A stretch of DNA of 64,000 nt from Gaiellaceae bacterium. Lineage in GTDB: Bacteria; Actinomycetota; Thermoleophilia; Gaiellales; Gaiellaceae. The position numbers and the translations under genes are program-made. The DNA is taken from positions 19,442-83,441 of the forward strand of contig DASYUZ010000112.1 of the NCBI GenBank assembly GCA_036000665.1, in the 5' to 3' direction. This document shows, one piece after another, positions 17,691 to 24,320 of this stretch. The first letter of the stretch is position 1; the number at the start of each line of letters is the position of its first letter. Under the pieces are notes generated by a model that saw only the letters and a program-made list of their open reading frames with translations, ran no database searches and had not been told where the DNA came from.

Positions 17691-18781
17691 GCGCCGCCGA
17701 CGTCGAGCGCCGGTTCGCGCGCGTGCGCGAGGCGCTCGCGCGCGACGGGCTCGACGCCGCGCTGGTGTGCGGCAGCGAGTACTCCGGCTTCGAGGGCGCG
17801 GTCACGTACCTCTCGGGCTTCGCGATCGTCCACCGGTACGCGTACGTCGTGCTGCCGCTCGAGGGCGAGCCGGCAATGGTCTTCCCGAGCGAGGCGCGCT
17901 ACGTCGGCGAGCACGGCACGACGTGGATCGAGGAGCAGGTCTTCGTCGATCGCCCGGGCGAATGGATCGCCGAGCGGGTGCGCGGCAAGCGTGTCGGTGT
18001 GTACGGGCTGGACTACGTGCTCACCGTGCGTGATTACCGTGCGCTCGACGACGGAGCGGTCGAGCTCGTCCCCTGGGACGTCGAGTTCGACCTCGCGCGC
18101 GCGGTCAAGAGCGAGGAAGAGCTCGAATCGGTGCGAGAGAGCGTCCGCATCAACACGGACGGGTTCTGGGAGTTCCTCGAGGCGTACGCGCCCGGCAGGA
18201 CGGCCGCCGCGGTCCTCGCGCCGGCTGAGCGCCTCTTCGTCGAGCGGGGCTGCGGCCGGCTGACGATGAACATGGTGCTCGTCGGACCCGAGTTCACGAT
18301 CGCGCGGAACGACACCATTCTCGGCGACTTCTGCATTCCCTCGCTCGAGGTTGCAGGACCCGGCGGCCACTGGGTCGAGGTCTCGCGCGCGCTCGGCGAG
18401 CCGAGCGCCGAGGTCGGGCGGATGCTCGACGCCTACGAGGAGTACTACGAGACGGCTCGGCGCGCGCTTCGCCCGGGCGCGACCGCGCACGACGTGCACC
18501 GCGCCGTCTCGAAGGGCTTCGTCGAGCGCGGCTACCACCTCGGCCACGTGACCGGGCACTCGATCGGGATGACGATGATCGAGTTTCCCAAGGTCGGCGA
18601 GGGTGTGGAGACCGAGCTGGAGGAGAACATGGTCTTCTCGATGCACCCCCACGCCATCTCCGACGACGGGCGTGAGTGCCTCTACATGCAGGACACGTGG
18701 CTGGTGACCGGAGGCGGCGGCGAGCCGCTGGCCGAGCTGCCGATGCGGATCTTCGCCGCCGGCGAGCGGCGGCCGGCCTAG
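17687..18781 (+). CDS. M24-fold (creatinase/prolidase-like) protein with degenerate metal ligands
   Basis: GTG 17687 lies in a GTGA overlap. It has a creatinase-like N-domain and a pita-bread C-domain. The ligand positions read E, E, H, H, Q when aligned by eye to the paralog at 6061-7215. Confidence 0.75.
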   Translation: MSAADVERRFARVREALARDGLDAALVCGSEYSGFEGAVTYLSGFAIVHRYAYVVLPLEGEPAMVFPSEARYVGEHGTTWIEEQVFVDRPGEWIAERVRGKRVGVYGLDYVLTVRDYRALDDGAVELVPWDVEFDLARAVKSEEELESVRESVRINTDGFWEFLEAYAPGRTAAAVLAPAERLFVERGCGRLTMNMVLVGPEFTIARNDTILGDFCIPSLEVAGPGGHWVEVSRALGEPSAEVGRMLDAYEEYYETARRALRPGATAHDVHRAVSKGFVERGYHLGHVTGHSIGMTMIEFPKVGEGVETELEENMVFSMHPHAISDDGRECLYMQDTWLVTGGGGEPLAELPMRIFAAGERRPA

Positions 18782-18792
18782 CCTGGTTGGCG

Positions 18793-18798
18793 TAAGCT
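18793..18798 (+). promoter_or_regulatory. -10-like TAAGCT, 7 nt before the fbiC ATG (predicted leaderless)
   Basis: TANNNT hexamer at a fixed offset from the start codon, with no SD. Confidence 0.4.
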
Positions 18799-18805
18799 CG
18801 ACCCG

Positions 18806-21157
18806 ATGACGAGCGCGGAGCTGCTGCACGCCTCGGTCGAGGAGCTCTGCGCCGAGGCCCGCTCGCGCCGCCGGTCGCGACTCGTCACGTACTCGCCGAA
18901 GGTGTTCGTCCCGCTCACGAAGCTCTGCCGAGACGTGTGCCACTACTGCACGTTCGCGCGCCCGCCGCGGCGGGGGGAACGCGCGTACATGACGATCGAC
19001 GAGGTGCTCGAGGTTGCGCGCGCCGGCGCAGCGGCGGGTTGCCGAGAAGCGCTCTTCACGCTGGGCGACAAGCCGGAGCTGCGCTACCGGGCGGCGCGGA
19101 CTGAGCTTGCCTCGCTCGGCTGCGCGACGACGGTCGAGTACCTGGAGCAGGCGGCGGGCGCGGTGCTCGAGGAGACCGGCCTCCTGCCGCACCTGAATCC
19201 GGGGGTGCTGTCGCGCGCGGAGCTCGAACGGCTCGCGCGCGTCTCCGCGTCGATGGGGCTGATGCTCGAGACCGCCTCCCTGCGGCTGTCGGCGCGCGGC
19301 GGTCCGCATTTCGGCTCGCCCGACAAGCTTCCCGTGCGTCGGCTCGAGACGATCGCCTGGGCGGGCGAGCTCGGGATTCCGTTTACGACCGGGATCCTGA
19401 TCGGGATCGGCGAATCGCGGCACGAGCGAGTCGAGGCGCTCGTGGCGATCGCCGAGCTCCAGCGGCGCTTCGGCCACGTGCAGGAGGTGATCGTCCAGAA
19501 CTTCCGCGCCAAGCCCGGCACGAAGATGGCGAACGCGCCCGAGCCGACGCTCGAGGAGCATCTCTGGTCGATCGCGGCCGCGCGGCTCGTACTCCCCGAG
19601 GAGGTACACGTGCAGGCGCCCCCGAACCTCGCGGGCGACGAGTTCGCGCGGCTGCTCGACGCGGGGATCGACGACTGGGGCGGCGTCTCGCCGGTGACGA
19701 TCGACCACGTCAATCCGGAGGCGCCCTGGCCCGAGATCGAGCTGCTCCGCGAGGCGACACGGAGCCGCGGATTCGAGCCGGCGGCGCGGCTCGCGGTCTA
19801 CCCGGAGCATGCGCAGCGCGTGCACGAGGATGTGCGCCCGTACGTCCTGCGCGCGTCCGACTCGCTCGGGCTCGCCCGCGAGGACGACTGGTCGCCGGGC
19901 AATGTGCGCGCCGTGCCGTTCGTCCCCGGCGACGCGTTGCCGATCGAGACGCGCGACGAGCTGGGGGAAGAGGAACTCGTCCGTCTCTTCCGCGCGCGCG
20001 GTCGCGAGCTCGAGCGTGTGCTCGCCGCGGCCGACCGGCTCCGGCGCGAGACCGTCGGCGACACGGTCACCTACGTCGTCAACCGGAACATCCAGTACAC
20101 GAACGTCTGCTACTTCCGCTGCGGCTTCTGCGCCTTCTCCAAAGGGAAGCTCGCCGCGAACCTGCGCGGGCCTGCGTACCTCGTCCCCCTCGGGGAGATC
20201 GTGCGACGGTCCGAGGAGGCTTGGGCCCGCGGCGCCACCGAGGTCTGCCTGCAGGGCGGGATCCACCCGGGCTTCACCGGCGACTACTACGGAGACGTCG
20301 TGCGCGCGATCAAGGAAGCCGTGCCCTCGCTGCACGTACACGCGTTCAGCGCACTCGAGCTCTGGCAGGGGGCGGCAACGCTCGGCGTCCTGCTCTTCGA
20401 CTATCTCGCTCGGTTACGCGAGGCGGGGCTCGGCTCGCTCCCCGGCACGGCTGCCGAGATCCTCGACGACGAGGTCCGGCGCGTGATCTGCCCCGACAAG
20501 GTCACGACGGCGCAATGGCTCGAGGTACACGACACCGCGCACCGCGCCGGCCTGCGCTCGAACGCGACGATGATGTTCGGGCACGTCGACGCGCCGCGCC
20601 ACTGGGCGCGCCACCTGCTGCGCGTGCGCGAGCAGCAGCGGCGGAGCGGCGGGTTCACGGAGTTCGTGCCGCTCCCCTTTGTGCACATGGAGGCGCCGAT
20701 GTACCTGAAGGGTCGCGCCCGCCGCGGCCCGACCTGGGGCGAGACGCTGCTCGTCCACGCGGTCGCGCGGCTAGCGCTGCACCCGTACGTAACGAACGTA
20801 CAGGCCTCCTGGGTCAAGCTCGGGCCCGACGGCGTGCACGCGCTCCTGCGCGCCGGCGTGAACGATCTCGGCGGGACGCTGATGAACGAGTCGATCTCGC
20901 GCGCCGCCGGTGCGTCTCACGGGCAGGAGCTCGCACCAGAGCGGCTGGAGGCGCTGATCCGGTCCGCCGGGCGCGTACCGCGGCAGCGCACGACGCTCTA
21001 CGGCGCTGTTTCGGCGGAGCGCCGGCGGGCGTCCTTCGGCGCGCCGCCGCTCGCGGAGCCGCTGAATCCGCCGGTGGCCGATGCGGGGCTGAAGGCGCCG
21101 CCCCGGCTCGTCCGCCCGGGTCTCCTTGCGCAGCCCGCCGCCGCGGCTGCACACTAG
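18806..21157 (+). CDS. fbiC: Bifunctional FO synthase (7,8-didemethyl-8-hydroxy-5-deazariboflavin synthase, fused CofG/CofH)
   Basis: 783-aa ORF with two radical-SAM clusters, CRDVCHYCTF and CYFRCGFCAF, in the two halves. Confidence 0.9.
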   Translation: MTSAELLHASVEELCAEARSRRRSRLVTYSPKVFVPLTKLCRDVCHYCTFARPPRRGERAYMTIDEVLEVARAGAAAGCREALFTLGDKPELRYRAARTELASLGCATTVEYLEQAAGAVLEETGLLPHLNPGVLSRAELERLARVSASMGLMLETASLRLSARGGPHFGSPDKLPVRRLETIAWAGELGIPFTTGILIGIGESRHERVEALVAIAELQRRFGHVQEVIVQNFRAKPGTKMANAPEPTLEEHLWSIAAARLVLPEEVHVQAPPNLAGDEFARLLDAGIDDWGGVSPVTIDHVNPEAPWPEIELLREATRSRGFEPAARLAVYPEHAQRVHEDVRPYVLRASDSLGLAREDDWSPGNVRAVPFVPGDALPIETRDELGEEELVRLFRARGRELERVLAAADRLRRETVGDTVTYVVNRNIQYTNVCYFRCGFCAFSKGKLAANLRGPAYLVPLGEIVRRSEEAWARGATEVCLQGGIHPGFTGDYYGDVVRAIKEAVPSLHVHAFSALELWQGAATLGVLLFDYLARLREAGLGSLPGTAAEILDDEVRRVICPDKVTTAQWLEVHDTAHRAGLRSNATMMFGHVDAPRHWARHLLRVREQQRRSGGFTEFVPLPFVHMEAPMYLKGRARRGPTWGETLLVHAVARLALHPYVTNVQASWVKLGPDGVHALLRAGVNDLGGTLMNESISRAAGASHGQELAPERLEALIRSAGRVPRQRTTLYGAVSAERRRASFGAPPLAEPLNPPVADAGLKAPPRLVRPGLLAQPAAAAAH

Positions 21158-21186
21158 CGTTTGACCCCTCAACTAAGGAGGCGTAG

Positions 21187-21603
21187 ATGGACTGGGTGCT
21201 TCTCGTCGGCAGGCTCGGCTTCGCCTTTCTCTTCGTCTATTCCGGCCTGACCGTTCACCTGCTCCAGCGCGCGCAAGGCATCGAGTACGCACGCATGAAC
21301 CGTGTTCCTGCACCCGAGCTCCTCGTGCCGTTCTCGGGCCTGATGGCGGTGGCAGGCGGCCTCTCGATCGCCCTCGGCATCTGGGCCGATCTCGGCGCGC
21401 TTCTGCTCGTTGCGTTCATGGTGCCCGTTGCGTTCGGCATGCATGCCTTCTGGAGGCACGAGGACCCGATGCAACGCGTCATGGACCGCGTCCACTTCAC
21501 GAAGGACCTCACGCTCGCGGCTGCGGCGCTGTCGTTCTTCGCGCTCTTTCAGCAGTTCGGTGACGAGATCGGGCTGATGCTGACGGGGCCGCTGTTCGAC
21601 TAG
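21187..21603 (+). CDS. DoxX-family membrane protein
   Basis: AAGGAGG SD precedes ATG 21187. 138-aa product, predicted 4-TM, with a DoxX-like N-terminus (LLVGRLGFAFLFVYSG). Confidence 0.75.
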   Translation: MDWVLLVGRLGFAFLFVYSGLTVHLLQRAQGIEYARMNRVPAPELLVPFSGLMAVAGGLSIALGIWADLGALLLVAFMVPVAFGMHAFWRHEDPMQRVMDRVHFTKDLTLAAAALSFFALFQQFGDEIGLMLTGPLFD

Positions 21604-22202
21604 CCGGCGAACGCGCGCTCGAAGGTCGCCGGCGGCTGCGCTCCGAGCACGAGGAGGCGGCTGTCGATCAGGAACGCTGGGATGCCCGAGATCCCGAGCG
21701 ACGCTGCCTGCTGCGTCGAGACGTCCACGCGCTGCGCGTACTCGTCACTTGCGAGCACGCGCTCGACGTCGTCGGCCGGAAGTCCCACCTCATCGGCGAG
21801 CGCGCGCAGCTCGTCCTCGTCGCCGATGTTGCGGGCCTCGTCCCAGTACGCGTCCATGACGCGGTCGTGGAACTCGTCGTGGCGGTCGAGGTCGCGCGCG
21901 AGCTCGGCGAGCCGGAGCGCATTTCGCGAGTTCGGGACGATCTCCGGGTGCGGGTTGTAGCGGAGACCCGCTTCCTCGAACATCGCACCCACGTGTCGAT
22001 CGACCGCGGGGCCGTAGCGCGCCAGCAACTGTGCGCGCGGGATGCCCTCGGGCGGGTACTCCGGGTGCAGGTCGAACGGCAGCCACGTGAGCACGGCGCC
22101 GAACTCGTCACGCATCCACTCGGCCCGGACCTGACCGACGCGGCAGAACGGTCAGATGTAATCCGACCAGATCGCTGCGGTGTGCGGTGCTAGGTCTCCC
22201 AT
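21600..22202 (-). CDS. DsbA/FrnE-family thiol:disulfide oxidoreductase with in-frame TGA (22154-22152) at the first Cys of CxxC; candidate selenoprotein or pseudogene
   Basis: The minus strand from ATG 22202 reads MGDLAPHTAAIWSDYI-TGA-PFCRVGQV..., continuing into the 171-aa ORF 21600..22115. The C-terminus (GISGIPAFLID..LGAQP) is typical of FrnE-like DsbA proteins. Confidence 0.6.
22094..22127 (-). promoter_or_regulatory. Candidate bacterial SECIS-like hairpin downstream of the in-frame UGA
   Basis: The mRNA forms a 10-bp stem with one bulged G and two G:U pairs. The 13-nt apical loop starts with GG, and 34 nt separate the UGA from that loop. Folded by eye only. Confidence 0.3.
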
Positions 22203-23452
22203 CGAAGGAGGTCTTCCACGGTCTCGCGCTTTTTGATCGTTCGCGCCTCGCCGTCGCGGACGAGCACGGCTGCCGGGCGCGGCACGCCGTTGTAGTTGGA
22301 CGCCATGCTGAGCGTGTACGCGCCGGTCGCGGGGACCGCGAGCAGGTCGCCGCGGTGAGGCTCCGGGAGCTCCACCCGGTCGATCAGCACGTCCCCCGAC
22401 TCGCAGTGCCTGCCCGCGACGCGGTAGGCGCGGGTGGGTGCGTCGTCCGCCCGATTCGCGAGCAGGCCGACGTAGCGCGCGCCGTAGAGCTGCGGCCGCG
22501 GATTGTCCGAGACGCCGCCGTCGATCGCGACGTACGTCGTCGTCTCGCTTGCCTCCTTGACGACTCCGACGCGGTAGAGCGTCACGCCGGCCCGGCCGAT
22601 CAGCGAGCGTCCTGGCTCGAGGATCAGCTCGGGGTGTGGGAGGTCGTGGAGCGACCACGCGCGGTCGAGCTCTTCGAGCAGCGCGCCGACCCAATCGTGC
22701 ACGCTCGGGGCGCGCTCTTCGAGCGACTCGCTGATCCCGAGGCCGCCCCCGAGGTCGATCGTCTCGGGTGTCCAGCGCAGGTCGGCTCGGCACTGCGCTG
22801 CGAACGCGGCGAGCCAGTCCACAGTCGTGCGCGCGGCGCCCGTATCGCGGAGCTGAGAGCCGATGTGCACGTGGAGACCACGCAGGTCGAGACCGGCCTC
22901 GCGGGCAGCGGTGACGGCCTCGCGGGCCTGCTCCGGCGGGAGCCCGAACTTCGAGCCGCGGTGGGCGGTTCGGATCGACTCGTGCGTCTCGGCCTCGATC
23001 CCCGGCGTGACGCGGAGCAGGACGCGCTCCACACCGGCTGCGCTCGCGCGCGGGATCTCCTCGAGCGCGTCGAGGACGAGCAGGCGCGTCTCCGCCTCCG
23101 CTGCGGCGCGCAGCTCCTCGTCGCTCTTGTTGTTGCCGTGGACGATGATGCGGTCGGACGGCACGCCCGCCGCTTGCGCGAAGCGGAGCTCCCCGAGCGT
23201 CGAGACGTCGGCGCCGACGCCTTCCTCCGCGAGCATGCGCATCAGCGCGACGTTCGGGAACGCCTTCGTCCCGTAGACGACGAGTGCGTTGGGCGCGGCC
23301 TGCCGGTACGCGCGCGCTTGGCTACGGATCGTCTCCTCGCAGTAGACGACGAGCGGCGTGCCGTGCTCGGCGGCGAGCTCGCTCGCGCGCAGGCCGCCGA
23401 GAACGAGCTCGCCTCCGTGGACGGCGGCGGTGTCGGGGAAGAGCTCCAGCAC
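22190..23452 (-). CDS. lysA: Diaminopimelate decarboxylase
   Basis: 420-aa ORF from GTG 23452. It has PLP fold-III motifs (YGTKAFPN, IDLGGGLGI, GRHCESGD). Confidence 0.92.
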   Translation of the reverse strand: MLELFPDTAAVHGGELVLGGLRASELAAEHGTPLVVYCEETIRSQARAYRQAAPNALVVYGTKAFPNVALMRMLAEEGVGADVSTLGELRFAQAAGVPSDRIIVHGNNKSDEELRAAAEAETRLLVLDALEEIPRASAAGVERVLLRVTPGIEAETHESIRTAHRGSKFGLPPEQAREAVTAAREAGLDLRGLHVHIGSQLRDTGAARTTVDWLAAFAAQCRADLRWTPETIDLGGGLGISESLEERAPSVHDWVGALLEELDRAWSLHDLPHPELILEPGRSLIGRAGVTLYRVGVVKEASETTTYVAIDGGVSDNPRPQLYGARYVGLLANRADDAPTRAYRVAGRHCESGDVLIDRVELPEPHRGDLLAVPATGAYTLSMASNYNGVPRPAAVLVRDGEARTIKKRETVEDLLRWET

Positions 23453-23597
23453 GGGACGATTGTGCCCGGGGCGGCGCGAGAGGCGCGTTGTCGCGGTTCG
23501 CCGGCGCGATCCTCGCTCAGCCGGGGTGGGGAGCGATTGGCACAGAATCGCTACGCGCGCGTCACGCCGGCGTCACGCGACCGCGGGTACCGTCGAC

Positions 23598-23638
23598 CGC
23601 GGGTGGCGGGTGGATTTCTCTCCCCACCCCGGGTGGGG
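23598..23638 (+). repeat. Copy 1 of the G-run/C-run palindromic intergenic repeat (GGGTGG-N-GGGTGG / CCCCACCCC / GGGTGGGG)
   Basis: Sequence CGCGGGTGGCGGGTGGATTTCTCTCCCCACCCCGGGTGGGG, near-identical in architecture to the copies at 43936 and 40444 (reverse). Confidence 0.8.
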
Positions 23639-23791
23639 AACACGCGCGCGCGGGCGCCCGCGCGCGTGCGCGCGTGAACCATTAGTCACCCGGGTCAAGG
23701 AGAACCCCGCGTCAGATCAAGGAGTCCCGACTCGGATGAGACCAATCTCTCGGGGCCGGCTCCCGGAGCGCCCCGGTCGATCCCGTCTGGC

Positions 23792-24181
23792 TCAGTCGCT
23801 CCACCAGCCCTGGGCCATCTCGGCGTCGCCAGGCCCGCCTGGGGCACCGATCGCGATGACCTCGGCTCCCTCGGGCCCCGCCTCGAAGCTCCGCATCGTG
23901 TCCTTGTGGACGCGCACCGCGTCCCACGGCTTTAGCTCGATGACGTCGTCGCCGACCTTCATCCGGCAGCTGCCGCCCAGGACCACGTACACCTCCTCCT
24001 GCGTCTTGTGCGTGTGTCCCCACGGAATGCGGAAATCCGGCGCGAGCCGCTGGTAGGAGATACCGATCAACTCAGCCTCGAGCGGGACCCGCGCGAAGCG
24101 CGCCTCCAAGTCGGGGGAGAGGCCGAACTTGGGGGCCTGGTCCTCGACCTCTTTCATGTTCACGACGGTGTATCCAGCCAT
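23792..24181 (-). CDS. Cupin-domain protein
   Basis: 129-aa ORF with cupin motif 1 (GHTHKTQEEVYVVLGG). Confidence 0.8.
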   Translation of the reverse strand: MAGYTVVNMKEVEDQAPKFGLSPDLEARFARVPLEAELIGISYQRLAPDFRIPWGHTHKTQEEVYVVLGGSCRMKVGDDVIELKPWDAVRVHKDTMRSFEAGPEGAEVIAIGAPGGPGDAEMAQGWWSD

Positions 24182-24203
24182 GGCGCGGATTCTGCACCCC
24201 TGC

Positions 24204-24209
24204 TACATT
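24204..24209 (+). promoter_or_regulatory. -10-like TACATT, 7 nt before the leader-peptide ATG
   Basis: TANNNT hexamer with no SD before ATG 24217. It sits back-to-back with a CAGAAT box for the divergent cupin gene. Confidence 0.45.
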
Positions 24210-24216
24210 CAGAGCA

Positions 24217-24240
24217 ATGAAGGAGCTGCTTCTTCTGTAG
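24217..24240 (+). CDS. Putative leucine-rich leader peptide MKELLLL upstream of leuS
   Basis: Reads ATG AAG GAG CTG CTT CTT CTG TAG: four consecutive Leu codons, then a stop. It lies between a -10-like box and an intrinsic terminator that precedes leuS. Confidence 0.55.
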   Translation: MKELLLL

Positions 24241-24280
24241 AACAGAGAGCCACGCGGCCTGGTCGCGGTAGCTCTCGACG

Positions 24281-24304
24281 GCCTCTCGACTGAGAGGCTT
24301 TTTT
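24281..24304 (+). terminator. Intrinsic terminator in the leuS 5' leader (attenuator)
   Basis: GCCTCTC-GACT-GAGAGGC (7-bp stem, tetraloop) followed by TTTTTT. It lies 17 nt upstream of the leuS ATG. Confidence 0.75.
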
Positions 24305-24320
24305 GTCTCCGGAGACAACG

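Noticed and set aside
17579-20341. 920-aa ORF on the minus strand opposite the M24-like gene and fbiC.
   Set aside because: It lies antisense to two genes with clear family motifs. Its product is Arg/Ala/Gly/Pro-rich, low-complexity sequence typical of stop-free off-frames in very GC-rich DNA. The same applies to 27533..29437(-), 5581..7056(-), 3956..4984(-), 36120..37556(-), 60168..61664(-) and 61746..63215(-).
22131-22156. Perfect 7-bp hairpin CUGACCG / CGGUCAG that includes the in-frame UGA itself.
   Set aside because: It is a real pairing, but the apical loop starts only 3 nt after the UGA. That is too close for a SECIS-type element, so the hairpin at 22094-22127 is the better candidate.
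22152-22793. 213-aa minus-strand ORF overlapping lysA.
   Set aside because: It is an off-frame artefact inside lysA, except for its last 17 codons. Those codons are the true N-terminus of the DsbA-like gene up to the in-frame TGA.
23476-23540. Plus-strand GAGAGGCGCG and GGGGAGCG strings reminiscent of lysine-riboswitch (L-box) motifs next to lysA.
   Set aside because: They are on the strand opposite to lysA and point away from it. No plus-strand gene follows, and I could not build the five-helix L-box fold. The resemblance is probably compositional.
24241-24300. Canonical T-box riboswitch in the leuS leader.
   Set aside because: The leader is only about 100 nt. The AGGGUGGNACCGCG consensus is absent (closest is CCUGGUCGCGG), and no Stem I/specifier loop can be drawn. 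A minimal non-canonical tRNA-sensing variant is not excluded and is mentioned in the finding.
24303-24305. TTG start for leuS given by the ORF track.
   Set aside because: It lies inside the terminator T-tract and has no SD. ATG 24321 follows a GGAGA SD and gives the usual LeuS N-terminus (MDRYDPHTIEPKWQ).
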